From an uncultured Nitrospiraceae bacterium (GTDB lineage Bacteria; Nitrospirota; Nitrospiria; Nitrospirales; Nitrospiraceae), in the NCBI GenBank assembly GCA_963706325.1, contig CAVPLT010000001.1:608001-672000 (forward strand): a DNA stretch of 64,000 nt. Reading direction: 5' to 3'. The number at the start of each line of letters is the position of its first letter. Within the stretch, counting starts at the first letter, position 1. Below are positions 28,558 through 38,566 of the stretch, one piece after another. A program made the position numbers and the translations under genes. Below the pieces are notes generated by a model that was given only the letters and a program-made list of their open reading frames with translations, did no database searches and was not told where the DNA came from.

Positions 28558-30078
28558 ATGAAGAAGATCCAGGTTCAAGCACAGGTCGGACGGGCGGAGA
28601 ACGAGCCTGCCGAAGTTCTGGTTTTGCTCCGCTGCGAGGGGAACTCTGATCTCACGCAAGAGGCCGCAGCCATCGACGATCAACTTGGGGGACAGCTCGC
28701 CACGTTGATCCGGCGCGAAGAATTTGAAGGCAAGCTTGGGGAAGGGTTGCTGGTCCACACACAGGGGAAGGCCAAGGCGAAACGACTATTACTGACGGGG
28801 CTGGGCAAGGAAAAGGATCTGCGCGTAGACGCGTTCCGTCAGGCCTTAGGTTCTGCTGTGAAACGCGCCCGTCTAGCCAAAGTGACCTCATTTGCCGTGG
28901 TGATGCCGGCAGAACTGCTCGAGGAAATTCCCGTCCAGGATGTGGCGCAGGCGCTGGCAGAGGGAGCCATTCTCGGCAACTACCAGTTCACCGCCTACCG
29001 CAGCGCCAACGGGACCAAGTCGATCGAAGTGGAGCGCCTGGTGATCTACACCTCGCAACCGTCGCTATTGCCACAGATGGCGGAAGGGATCCGGCGCGGT
29101 GTTGCGACGGCTGAAGCCACGGTACTGGTTCGCGATCTGTGCAATCATCCAGCCAACGTAATGACGCCCACGCGCATCGTGCATGAGGCCAAGGCGGTCG
29201 CGAAAGAACCGGGCGTACGGCTGAAGGTGCTTGAACAGAAGGACATGGAGCAACTTGGCATGGGTGCCTTACTCGGCGTGGCTCAGGGCAGCCATGAACC
29301 GCCGAAGTTCATCATACTTGAGTATAAAAGCGCCAAAGCGAAGAAGGGAGATCCTCCCGTCGTATTAGTCGGAAAGACCATCACCTTTGATACCGGCGGC
29401 ATCTCGCTCAAACCGGCCGAAAACATGGAGCATATGAAGGCCGATATGACTGGTGGCGCTGAGGTATTGGCCACCATGCGGGCGGCGGCGCGGCTGAAGC
29501 TGCCCCTCCACCTGGTGAGCATTTTGCCGGTAGCTGAAAATATGCCGGGCGGGCGGGCGATGAGGCCTGGTGATATCGTGACGACCCTCTCCGGCAAAAC
29601 CGTCGAAGTTCAGAATACCGATGCCGAAGGACGGTTGATCCTGTCGGACGCATTGGCGTACGCGACCCGTTACAAACCGGCGGTGCTGATCGATATCGCG
29701 ACGTTGACCGGCGCCTGTGTCGTAGCGCTCGGCCAATTTGCTATCGGCATGTTCGGCAACAACGATCAATTGAAGGAGCATGTCCGGAACGCCGGGCAGC
29801 GGGCCGGGGAGCGCGTCTGGGAGATGCCGTTGTGGGAGGAGTACTTCGAGCAACTGCGCAGTGATGTGGCCGATATGCGGAATATTGGCGGCCGTGGCGG
29901 CGGCATGATTACCGCGGCCCTATTCCTGAGCAAATTTGTGGGCGATTGCCCATGGATTCATCTGGACATTGCCAGCACCGACTGGAGCGAGCGAGAACGT
30001 GCCTACCTGCCGAAGGGGCCGACCGGCATAGGGACCAGGCTCCTCATTCAATTCCTGATCGATCGCACCTTGCCGTAG
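28558..30078 (+). CDS. pepA: Leucyl aminopeptidase (M17)
   Basis: GKTITFDTGG, NTDAEGRL, ATLTGA and HLDIA motifs. Confidence 0.95.
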   Translation: MKKIQVQAQVGRAENEPAEVLVLLRCEGNSDLTQEAAAIDDQLGGQLATLIRREEFEGKLGEGLLVHTQGKAKAKRLLLTGLGKEKDLRVDAFRQALGSAVKRARLAKVTSFAVVMPAELLEEIPVQDVAQALAEGAILGNYQFTAYRSANGTKSIEVERLVIYTSQPSLLPQMAEGIRRGVATAEATVLVRDLCNHPANVMTPTRIVHEAKAVAKEPGVRLKVLEQKDMEQLGMGALLGVAQGSHEPPKFIILEYKSAKAKKGDPPVVLVGKTITFDTGGISLKPAENMEHMKADMTGGAEVLATMRAAARLKLPLHLVSILPVAENMPGGRAMRPGDIVTTLSGKTVEVQNTDAEGRLILSDALAYATRYKPAVLIDIATLTGACVVALGQFAIGMFGNNDQLKEHVRNAGQRAGERVWEMPLWEEYFEQLRSDVADMRNIGGRGGGMITAALFLSKFVGDCPWIHLDIASTDWSERERAYLPKGPTGIGTRLLIQFLIDRTLP

Positions 30079-30132
30079 CCAGCACCAGACAGTCGCCGAG
30101 TGGTCTGAACGGGAGATCGTCGGATTAGCACA

Positions 30133-31302
30133 TTGACAGATCAGGAGTTTATGACGCTACGGGAACAAATCGGCCAACTGTTTATGATGGGATTCACCGG
30201 AACCACGGTCACCAAAGATTTGGCCTCGTTTGTGAAAGCCTATTCACCGGGCGGCGTCATTTTTTTTAGACGCAATCTGGAATCGGTTCAGCAAATCGTC
30301 GATCTTACCAATGGTCTTCAGAAGCTGTCCCCCGGGTCACCGCTACTCATCGCGATCGATCAAGAAGGCGGACGGGTGTCTCGTCTCCCCAGTGAGTTCA
30401 CAATTTTCCCTCCTGGTGAGCAGTTGGGACGCTGCAATTCCTATGAGTTAGCCTATTCTGCCGCGGCCACCGTCGCCAAAGAATTGCGAGCTGTGGGCAT
30501 CAATATGAACATGGCTCCAGTGCTGGATGTGAATAGCAATCCGGAGAATCCTGTAATCGGTGACCGATCATTCGGCGCCACACCCGAGCTTGTGGGGGAA
30601 ATGGGCTTGGCAACCATTGCGGGCTTGCAGGAAAATAAGGTGATCGCCTGCGGTAAACATTTCCCCGGTCATGGAGACACGGCCACCGATTCGCACAAGG
30701 TATTGCCGGTGGTCGAGGCGGATCTTCGCCGGTTGCGGGATACGGAGTTTCCCCCCTTTCAACAGGCGATTGCGTTTGGCGTGGCAAGCCTCATGACAGC
30801 CCATGTCCTCTATCGAGCCTTGGATCCCGAGGCTCCGGCGACGTTGTCGTCGGCGGTGATCCAGCGTGTGCTACGGGAGGAGTTTGGCTATGACGGGGTC
30901 GTCTTTACCGACGACCTGGAGATGCATGCCATTATCGATCATGACGGAATCGGCGAGGCTGCGGTCCGTGCGTTTGTCGCCGGATGCGATGTCCTGCTGA
31001 TCTGTAAGGACCAGGATCGGGTGATGGCAGCGATGCAGGCGATGGAGAAGGCCGTGGAAGACGGTCGGATCACCCCGGAAATGCTTGAGCAGTCGCTGGT
31101 CCGCGTGGCTCGACTCAAGGCGCACTATCTTCAGCCCTTCAAGGCGGTGACGATTTCCGATGCGCGTCTGGTGGTCGGTTGTCGCTCGCACAAGGTCCTT
31201 CTCGATTCGTGGCATAGCGCTTATGGAAGAGTGCCAAAACAGAAGGCGGCTGAGATCAATGAGTCGGCGGCGGTTCACGATTCTCCAGTGACGCATGTGT
31301 AA
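30133..31302 (+). CDS. nagZ: Beta-N-acetylhexosaminidase (GH3)
   Basis: DQEGGRVSRL, KHFPGHG..DSH and TDDLEM motifs. Confidence 0.93.
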   Translation: MTDQEFMTLREQIGQLFMMGFTGTTVTKDLASFVKAYSPGGVIFFRRNLESVQQIVDLTNGLQKLSPGSPLLIAIDQEGGRVSRLPSEFTIFPPGEQLGRCNSYELAYSAAATVAKELRAVGINMNMAPVLDVNSNPENPVIGDRSFGATPELVGEMGLATIAGLQENKVIACGKHFPGHGDTATDSHKVLPVVEADLRRLRDTEFPPFQQAIAFGVASLMTAHVLYRALDPEAPATLSSAVIQRVLREEFGYDGVVFTDDLEMHAIIDHDGIGEAAVRAFVAGCDVLLICKDQDRVMAAMQAMEKAVEDGRITPEMLEQSLVRVARLKAHYLQPFKAVTISDARLVVGCRSHKVLLDSWHSAYGRVPKQKAAEINESAAVHDSPVTHV

Positions 31303-31319
31303 AGGGTAGCTGAAGCGGC

Positions 31320-31706
31320 ATGGCTCTTAAAAAAGGTGATATCCTAGACGAACGAAAACGCCACCCAGATTCCTGTGGCCTCGTGGTGAAGTTTGCCGGC
31401 GGCGGCGAGGGATTTCAGAAGATCCGCTGTTGCGGGCACGAGCTGACCGAAGAGGACCGAGTGCCGGATATCATTCCGTCGAGAGGTCGCAAAAAAGGAG
31501 CGTTGCTCCCTGGAGCGATGCTGGAGGAGAAGCGGCAATTTGCGGATTCCTGCGGTTTGCGTGTCATGGTGCTTGACGGGGGCGCCGGGCTGGAAGGGAT
31601 CGACTGTTGCGGTCATACCATCACAGCTAGCGCCGTCAACGATTTGAAGTTCGGTCAACCTCGGGAGGAGCCTCCGATGCCCACCGGCCCTGCAGGGACA
31701 GCATGA
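31320..31706 (+). CDS. Small Cys-rich protein with two desulforedoxin-like repeats
   Basis: Two copies of DSCGLxV...GGxG...IxCCGHx(L/I)T. Confidence 0.7.
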   Translation: MALKKGDILDERKRHPDSCGLVVKFAGGGEGFQKIRCCGHELTEEDRVPDIIPSRGRKKGALLPGAMLEEKRQFADSCGLRVMVLDGGAGLEGIDCCGHTITASAVNDLKFGQPREEPPMPTGPAGTA

Positions 31707-32230
31707 TTCAACCACCAATACCGCTCGGTTCCGAGGGCCGGCCGCTTCAAGCAACCACCATGCAGTCCTTGCTCGGATTTATGGACCGGCTGGATAGGCT
31801 GGGGTACGTCGCGGCAGGGTTCAGTCTGCTCCTCCTGGGCATGATCATCTTTGCTCACGCCTGGTATATCTTCCTGATGCGGCCGGTGCAGATTGGCGTG
31901 CTTCCGGCCGGGCTCAAATTATTGAATGATCTTCTTCTGGTTATCATTCTTCTTGAATTGTTTCGAACGGTCGTGCGCTTCCTTCAGACGGAGGTATTGG
32001 AGCTGGAGCCTTATCTGGCGGTCGGTATCATCGCCTGTACGCGAAGAGTGTTGACGGCGAGCGCAGAGTTGTCTCACCAACTGGAACTTGTGGCCAGAGA
32101 CACCCGGCAAGAGCTCTTTCTGCAGTACCTGATGGATGTCGGACTGAACGTGACCGTGATCATTGTCCTCATCTTGGGCGTGTATATGCTGCGAAAGCGC
32201 CCGACCGTCCAGCGGCCTGCCTCGGCATAA
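31703..32230 (+). CDS. PsiE-family membrane protein
   Basis: LLVIILLELFRTV and PYLAVGIIACTRRVL motifs. ATGA overlap with the previous gene. Confidence 0.8.
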   Translation: MIQPPIPLGSEGRPLQATTMQSLLGFMDRLDRLGYVAAGFSLLLLGMIIFAHAWYIFLMRPVQIGVLPAGLKLLNDLLLVIILLELFRTVVRFLQTEVLELEPYLAVGIIACTRRVLTASAELSHQLELVARDTRQELFLQYLMDVGLNVTVIIVLILGVYMLRKRPTVQRPASA

Positions 32231-32324
32231 GTTGCTTTCTGAGGAGAAACCATAGGAGATTCAGAGGTCGTTCTTGCCCTCCTCCGGCCTCTTATGGCAT
32301 CATGCACCTCTTTTGGGAGGCAGG

Positions 32325-32795
32325 GTGGCCACATTGCTGGAATATGTGGGGTCGGTGCATATCTATCTCGGACCGTACCGAGGAAATCCCATTGCATTAT
32401 ATTTGTGTCGCACGGAAGACGGCTGCCAGATCGGTCCCCGAGCTTATCCATGGAATGACGTCGTGGGGGCGGGCGAAACTCCCAATAAAGCCGCCGCTGA
32501 TTTCGAAGAAAAGTGGAAGGGCAAAGGACTCGCGGCCGACATGTATTCGGGCCCTTCGTGGGAAGGTGGCATTAAGCCGGAGAAGCCAGCTCCTCCTAAA
32601 CCTGCTGCGCCACCCAAACCTGCGGTTGCCCCGGCTGCCGGCACGGCTGCTCCAGCGGCACCCGGAACCCCACCTGTAGCACCTGCTGTAAAACCTGAGG
32701 CGTCTGCACCTGCCAAGCAAACCGCTCCGGTTACAACCGCTCCTCCTGTGAGTCCAAAGACCGCTCCGGTCGCTCCAACCGAGCCGTCCTCTTAA
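32325..32795 (+). CDS. Hypothetical protein with Pro/Ala-rich tail
   Basis: GGAGG RBS before the GTG. Globular N-terminus followed by KPAAPP-type repeats. Confidence 0.75.
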   Translation: MATLLEYVGSVHIYLGPYRGNPIALYLCRTEDGCQIGPRAYPWNDVVGAGETPNKAAADFEEKWKGKGLAADMYSGPSWEGGIKPEKPAPPKPAAPPKPAVAPAAGTAAPAAPGTPPVAPAVKPEASAPAKQTAPVTTAPPVSPKTAPVAPTEPSS

Positions 32796-32822
32796 ATTTT
32801 TCTGTTACCCCAAATAGCTAGG

Positions 32823-34280
32823 TCAGTCAAGCGATGGTGCCGGCCGGGGCATATTCGTGTGTTCGGCAGATGGCTGCAGGGCGAGCTTGCTGTGGCGAAA
32901 GCCGTAGGCCATGTAAACCACGATGCCGATGATGGTCCAGACAAAAAACCGGATCCATGTGATCCAGGGAAGGAAATACATCAAGCCCAGGCAGGCCAAG
33001 ACACCGAAGATGGGAATGACCGGCATGAGCGGCATGCGGAATGGACGTGGATGGTTCGGTCTGGTGTAACGCAGCACCATGATACCGATACAGACCAGTA
33101 CAAACGCGAAGAGGGTGCCGATGTTCGTCATATCAGCGGCCTCGCCGATAGGGACCAACGCCGCCATGATGGCTACCGCGATGCCGGTCATGTAGGTCGC
33201 ATGGTGCGGTGTCCGGAAGGTCGGATGAACGCCAGAGAGCCAGGGGCCGAGAAGCCCATCTCGGGACATGGCAAAAAATACGCGTATCTGTCCCAGCATC
33301 ATGACGACCAGCACGCTCGTGATGCCGGCCACCGCGCCCGTCGCCACAATCGCAGCACCCCACTGAAATCCCGCCACCCGCAAACCTTCGGCCACCGGTG
33401 CGTGAATATCGATTTTCGAATAGGGCACCAAGCCGGTCAGAACCGCAGCTACTGCGATATAGAGAACTGTGCAAATAGCCAGCGAGGCGAAGATCCCGAT
33501 TGGTAAGTCCCGCTGAGGGTTCTTGGCTTCCTCTGCCGTGGTGGAGACGGCATCAAATCCAATATAGGCAAAAAAGACAATGGCCGCGGCGGCGCCCACG
33601 CCGGCAAAGCCAAAGGGCATGAACGGCGACCAGTTGGCGGTGTCGACGGAGGATACGCCGACGGTGATGAAAAACGCGATCACCGCGAGCTTAATGATGA
33701 CGATGGCACAGGTCGCCCTGGCGCTTTCTTTCACGCCGACGATTAAAATGCCTGTGACTAGAAGGACGATGATCGCCGCCGGAATATTCGCGATACCCCC
33801 TTCCGAGCCGGGGGCGTGACTGGCCCAATAGGGAAGTTCGAGGCCGCACATGTTGAGAATATTATTAAAGTATCCGGACCATCCAATAGCCACTGCCACA
33901 CAGGCGACGCCATATTCCAGAATAAGGTTCCAGCCGGTGAGCCATGCCAGACATTCTCCCAGGGTCGCATAGGAATAGGTATAGGCACTGCCGGCGACAG
34001 GAATCATGGCGGCGAACTCCGCATAACAGAGGGCAGCGAGTGCGCAGGTGACTCCCGAGAGAATGAAGGACAACATAATTCCCGGCCCGGCTCCAGGCCG
34101 GTGGGTATCCCCGACGATGGCGGTGCCGATCAGCACGAAGATGCCGGTGCCGATAATCGCTCCAATGCCGAGTCCGGTGAGGTCCCAGGCCGTTAGGGTC
34201 CGTTTCAGGCGATGTTCAGGGGCGTCTGAATCAGAGAGGATTCGTTCGATAGATTTGGTGCGAAACAGCGGATTGCCCAC
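32823..34280 (-). CDS. APC-family amino acid permease
   Basis: GAIIGTGIF, GSAYTY and FAYIGFD motifs, about 12 TM segments. Confidence 0.94.
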   Translation of the reverse strand: MGNPLFRTKSIERILSDSDAPEHRLKRTLTAWDLTGLGIGAIIGTGIFVLIGTAIVGDTHRPGAGPGIMLSFILSGVTCALAALCYAEFAAMIPVAGSAYTYSYATLGECLAWLTGWNLILEYGVACVAVAIGWSGYFNNILNMCGLELPYWASHAPGSEGGIANIPAAIIVLLVTGILIVGVKESARATCAIVIIKLAVIAFFITVGVSSVDTANWSPFMPFGFAGVGAAAAIVFFAYIGFDAVSTTAEEAKNPQRDLPIGIFASLAICTVLYIAVAAVLTGLVPYSKIDIHAPVAEGLRVAGFQWGAAIVATGAVAGITSVLVVMMLGQIRVFFAMSRDGLLGPWLSGVHPTFRTPHHATYMTGIAVAIMAALVPIGEAADMTNIGTLFAFVLVCIGIMVLRYTRPNHPRPFRMPLMPVIPIFGVLACLGLMYFLPWITWIRFFVWTIIGIVVYMAYGFRHSKLALQPSAEHTNMPRPAPSLD

Positions 34281-34341
34281 GCGGTGTCCTCTCCGGTCGC
34301 AGCACGTCCATGCCTGCTGTCATGGCTGCGTGCGCACCGTG

Positions 34342-35118
34342 TCATGATTTTTTCCCCCGTAGAGCCGATGCGGTGTGCAGCGATGGACGACGGGAGGCTG
34401 CTCGCAGGAAGGCTTGAAATAGGCGCCGATGCAACACATGTCGCTCAAATAAGAATTCCGGGTGCCATTGTAGGCCAAGAAAGAATCGGTGCGTCGGATG
34501 TTCAATCGCTTCGACGATTCCATCGGGGGCCGTTGCGCTGGCGATGAGGGGAGGTCCGACCACTTTCACCGATTGGTGATGCGAACTGTTCACATGCATG
34601 CGGGAACGCTCGATGATTCGACTGAGCAGGCTGCCCGCTTTGACGGAGACACTGTGGGATACCTGATTTGCCGGTGGGATTTGCCGATGTTGCAACGCCT
34701 GGGAGACTTGCGCGGGAATATCCTGGTAGAGACTCCCTCCACAGGCAATGTTCATCGTTTGCATGCCCCCGCAGATGGCCAGGGTGGGGATGCTGCCGCG
34801 CAGAGCGAAACGGATGAGGCTCAATTCAAAGTCAGATCGCCGTTCGGCCACAACGGGGAAGGTGTATCGTTGCCGCTCTCCATACAGAGAGGGGTTCAAG
34901 TCTGGTCCGCTACCCGTCAAAAGGAGCCCATCGATCCCTTGAAGAAGCCGCCGGCGCGCGGTCCGATCTGCGAGGAGCGGTAAAATTACCGGCACGCCGC
35001 CGAGTTCCTCGATAGCGCGAACATAGCGAGCCCGCAGAAAATACGTGGGTTCCTTACCGCCCCACTCCTGACGATCGCCGGCATTGAAGTCGGGCGTGAC
35101 TCCAATGACGGGTTTCAT
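34342..35118 (-). CDS. Peptidase C26 / gamma-glutamyl-gamma-aminobutyrate hydrolase family
   Basis: AICGGMQ nucleophile, NSSHHQ and QWHPE motifs. Confidence 0.92.
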   Translation of the reverse strand: MKPVIGVTPDFNAGDRQEWGGKEPTYFLRARYVRAIEELGGVPVILPLLADRTARRRLLQGIDGLLLTGSGPDLNPSLYGERQRYTFPVVAERRSDFELSLIRFALRGSIPTLAICGGMQTMNIACGGSLYQDIPAQVSQALQHRQIPPANQVSHSVSVKAGSLLSRIIERSRMHVNSSHHQSVKVVGPPLIASATAPDGIVEAIEHPTHRFFLGLQWHPEFLFERHVLHRRLFQAFLRAASRRPSLHTASALRGKKS

Positions 35119-35119
35119 G

Positions 35120-35575
35120 CTAGCGAATGGGTTCCAATGGGAGCGGCGCAGGTTCCTGGGGAACGTACTCGACCGCATCTCGTTGGGACTCTGCGGGGAC
35201 GCCGAGAAAGCGAATCGGCTTATCGCCCTTCAGGTGTTCTGGTGTGATGATGTAGGTGCCATACATACTCGGGATCCAAATGTTCTTCGCCGTTTGTTCA
35301 CTTCCTCCCGAAAAACCGTAAGCCAATCCGCCCACGACTCCTCCCCCGATTGCAAACGCCAATTTGAGAGGAAAATAGACAATGGTCGCCAGGGCCGATC
35401 CTGCTTGGATGCCTACACCTGAGGCGCTGGCATCGTTTGACGAGACCGGCACATTGGACGCAGTACTCGACTCTTGCGCGAACAGGGGCGCGACGAGAAT
35501 GGCCAATGAGCACATCATGACCAGACAGTGGAGAGCTGATTGGAACCAGAGGCTGCGTCGTCTTTTGAAAGACAT
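35120..35575 (-). CDS. Hypothetical exported/membrane protein
   Basis: Signal-like N-terminus and Gly-rich hydrophobic segment. Start uncertain. Confidence 0.65.
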   Translation of the reverse strand: MSFKRRRSLWFQSALHCLVMMCSLAILVAPLFAQESSTASNVPVSSNDASASGVGIQAGSALATIVYFPLKLAFAIGGGVVGGLAYGFSGGSEQTAKNIWIPSMYGTYIITPEHLKGDKPIRFLGVPAESQRDAVEYVPQEPAPLPLEPIR

Positions 35576-35757
35576 ATGAGCAGAGACGTTCACGTTGGGT
35601 GCCTCCTTCGTGCTGAAGTTCCGATGTAGTGTGAAGAAAAATGAATGCCGATGAGCCGTGCGCGATTGCATGTGCTGTGTTGTCGTTATATCAAATTCCC
35701 TTCCATTTTCAAACCCCTTCCGGCTTTCCGTCGGGCTCACCTTCGGTCCCACCGGCG

Positions 35758-36210
35758 TCAAGGCGTGTTCTCTAAATCCAGTTCGAGACGAATCGGTTCC
35801 ATCAACTGTTCCGGTTGTTCATCGATGACCCGATTCAGTTCGGCGTCGAAGGCCTCAGCGGCTATCGCTTGGTTCTGCTGCTCTAGTCCCACATAGAGGG
35901 CCAAGGTGAGGGTGCAGGTGCAGAACGCCTGAACGAACAGATCGTCGGCTCGGCGCCTCACCTCGTCGTACTCCTCCTGTCTGACATGTTGCAGGAACTG
36001 ACCGAGTCGGGCGGAATACCCAATCCGTTCACGCGCCTGGGCCAGGTGGTTTTGGGTCACGTCCACGGCGACTTGCACACCGCCTTTCCAGCTGCGTTTT
36101 TTTACATTGAAGACGCATCGGACGTGGTCCGGCCGATGCTCGGTGGTATCCGGCCCGAAAAAAAAGTTGACGCGGTAGTGCGCCAAATCCGATGAGAGAG
36201 GAATGGTCAT
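35758..36210 (-). CDS. Hypothetical protein
   Basis: GAGGA RBS and about 150 aa. No recognised motif. Confidence 0.65.
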   Translation of the reverse strand: MTIPLSSDLAHYRVNFFFGPDTTEHRPDHVRCVFNVKKRSWKGGVQVAVDVTQNHLAQARERIGYSARLGQFLQHVRQEEYDEVRRRADDLFVQAFCTCTLTLALYVGLEQQNQAIAAEAFDAELNRVIDEQPEQLMEPIRLELDLENTP

Positions 36211-36257
36211 AGGCAATAGTCCTCATTGTAGCACTGCGCGAGTGTAGAAAGAACGGC

Positions 36258-37523
36258 ATGAACGCACAGTGGTATCGATCTCGAAATGTCGCTAAGATGG
36301 CGGCCATGGACGCGTCGTCTTCATTTTGCGCGCGAGTGGCCGGTATTCAGCTAGCCATTCGAGATCAGCCAGGGCTTGATGGCTGGTTATTCTATGACTT
36401 TCGCCATCTCGACCCCATTGCCTACCGAGTGTTGCTGCTGAACCCCTCACTCCACGTGACGAGACGTTGGTACTATTGGATTCCGGCAGAAGGGGCGCCG
36501 ATCAAGCTATACCATCGCATTGAGCCTCATGTCTTGGACGGCTTGCCGGGAGAAGCACGGCCCTACGTATCCTGGCGGGAACAGCAGACGATTCTTGGCG
36601 CCATGCTGCACTCGGCCAAGCGGATCGCCATGCAATACTCGCCCATGAATGCAATACCGTACCTGTCACGCGTAGATGCGGGCACGATTGATCTCGTCCG
36701 CAGTATGAACGTGGAAGTGGTCACCTCCGCTGATTTGGTTCAACAATTTGAGGCCGTCTGGGATGAATCCCAATTGATGTCGCACCGAGTAGCGGCAGAC
36801 GGGTTGCGGGCAATTGTGGACGAAGCGTTTCGGTTTGTGGGGACCTCGCAGGCCGAGCGACGTGCGCTTACGGAATATGATCTGCAACAATATATTCTTT
36901 CCCGGATGCAGGCACGGGGTCTGGTGACCTCGAGTCCGCCGATTGTCGCCGTCAATGCGCATAGCGCCGATCCTCACTATGGGCCGTCTTCCGAGGGAGC
37001 TGCTCCTATCAGGGCGGGCGACCTGGTTTTGATCGATCTGTGGGCTAAGCAAGCTGTACCTGGAGCCGTTTATGCGGATATTACTTGGACCGGATATGTC
37101 GGGCAGGTTGCGCCAGCCCGGCACCAGGAGGTTTTTCAGATTGTGCGGCAGGCTCGAGACGCTGCCGTGACATTCGTGCAAAGTCAGATTCGCGGTGGGG
37201 CATTCCCCTATGGATGGGAAGTAGACGACGTGTGCCGGAAGGTGATTCAAGATGCGGGGTATGGGAAATATTTTGTGCACAGAACCGGCCATTCAATCGG
37301 CGAGGACGTGCATGGTAACGGGGCTAATATCGATAATCTAGAGACGCAGGATGCCCGCCGGTTACTGCCTTGCACCTGTTTCTCGATCGAGCCGGGGATT
37401 TACTTGCCGGAGGAGTTCGGTATTCGAAGCGAGCTGGACGTCTATCTCTCCTCCCATGATGCGGTGGTGCATGGGCAGCCGGTTCAGACCGAACTCGTGG
37501 CCATCGCGGTACCTACCGCATAG
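36258..37523 (+). CDS. M24 family Xaa-Pro aminopeptidase
   Basis: DPHY, IDLW, YADIT, HRTGHSIG, SIEPGIY and GIRSE motifs. Start may be 36297 or 36306. Confidence 0.9.
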   Translation: MNAQWYRSRNVAKMAAMDASSSFCARVAGIQLAIRDQPGLDGWLFYDFRHLDPIAYRVLLLNPSLHVTRRWYYWIPAEGAPIKLYHRIEPHVLDGLPGEARPYVSWREQQTILGAMLHSAKRIAMQYSPMNAIPYLSRVDAGTIDLVRSMNVEVVTSADLVQQFEAVWDESQLMSHRVAADGLRAIVDEAFRFVGTSQAERRALTEYDLQQYILSRMQARGLVTSSPPIVAVNAHSADPHYGPSSEGAAPIRAGDLVLIDLWAKQAVPGAVYADITWTGYVGQVAPARHQEVFQIVRQARDAAVTFVQSQIRGGAFPYGWEVDDVCRKVIQDAGYGKYFVHRTGHSIGEDVHGNGANIDNLETQDARRLLPCTCFSIEPGIYLPEEFGIRSELDVYLSSHDAVVHGQPVQTELVAIAVPTA

Positions 37524-37567
37524 ACTCCTCGTCTTTCAGATGGCCCGGATTGAGCCGACTGCCTTTC

Positions 37568-37597
37568 TTGACACCTTTTGCATCCGGCAGCTATCGT
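37568..37597 (+). promoter_or_regulatory. Candidate sigma70 promoter
   Basis: TTGACA-N18-TATCGT upstream of the tatA-like gene. Confidence 0.45.
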
Positions 37598-37668
37598 GGG
37601 AGATAGGCGGGCCAAAGTGGCGCTCTGCCGCTGGGTTAACCCCTATTTGCCGAGGAAGGATATCGAAC

Positions 37669-38523
37669 ATGTTTGGCACCATGGGATTCTCGGAAATGAT
37701 CATCATCCTGGTTATTGTGTTAATTATTTTTGGAGCGGGGAAGCTCCCGCAAATCGGCGAAGGTGTCGGCAAGGCCCTCAAAGGTTTCAAAAAAGAAGTC
37801 AATGACATCCCGCCTCCGGAGACCACAGTCGAACAGAGTGACGCCGCCGTTGTGCCTGCTCCCACTCAGGCCCAACCGATAGCAGAGATGGGGCAAGCAG
37901 CTCAGCCATCAACAGCTCCAACGATTCCACCGGTTCCCAAAGCCACCGCTCCGTACACGCCCGGCCCTGAGTTAACTCCCGGTACGACAGCGGCCCTCAT
38001 GGCAGCCGCAGGACCGCAAGGCCCGCAAGCCGCTCAGCAGGCGAAACCTCGGGTCGCTACCGTGAGTCCTGGGCAGGCGGCGGCGGGATCGGCAGTCGCA
38101 CAGAGCCATCAGCCTCCGACAATGGAAGATCGCATGGCCACCCCCGCGCCGCTTATGCGTGCGCAATATCCCCCGCTTCCGGCCGGTGCCCAGAGCAAGC
38201 CCGTGGCGAATCGGCCATCGGCCATCGTCAATAAGGATGCCGTGGCTCGTGTGCAGGCGGCTCAGGCTGCCACGCGGGCGAAAGCAGCCCAGTCTCAACC
38301 AGCCGGAGTATCCGCCCAGGACATGCAGGGTTTGGGAGAGGGCTTAGGGGATGCGGTGCGCACCTTCCGCCAAGCAGTGGCTGATGTGCGGAACTCTGTC
38401 GATCCTGAAATGCGTACGATCCGCGCCGAGATGGATTCAGCCCAGAAGGAACTGGAACAGTCGATTGAAGCAGCCAAGCAGGCCCCCGTTCCGGATGATG
38501 ATTCATTCTCAAAACCCGTCTAA
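37669..38523 (+). CDS. Extended TatA/TatE-family protein (284 aa)
   Basis: GFSEMIIILVIVLIIFGAGKLPQIGEGVGKALKGFKK N-terminus followed by a long Pro/Ala/Gln linker. Confidence 0.85.
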   Translation: MFGTMGFSEMIIILVIVLIIFGAGKLPQIGEGVGKALKGFKKEVNDIPPPETTVEQSDAAVVPAPTQAQPIAEMGQAAQPSTAPTIPPVPKATAPYTPGPELTPGTTAALMAAAGPQGPQAAQQAKPRVATVSPGQAAAGSAVAQSHQPPTMEDRMATPAPLMRAQYPPLPAGAQSKPVANRPSAIVNKDAVARVQAAQAATRAKAAQSQPAGVSAQDMQGLGEGLGDAVRTFRQAVADVRNSVDPEMRTIRAEMDSAQKELEQSIEAAKQAPVPDDDSFSKPV

Positions 38524-38566
38524 ATATAAATATTCGGATCCTGCAAATTATTCAGGCTCACCCCTC

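Noticed and set aside
32570..32795. Repeat array or CRISPR
   Set aside because: These are degenerate codon-level repeats encoding a Pro/Ala tail, with no repeat-spacer structure.
37351..37668. N-terminal extension of the TatA-like ORF
   Set aside because: It overlaps the M24 peptidase and a candidate promoter. The TatA motif starts at 37669.
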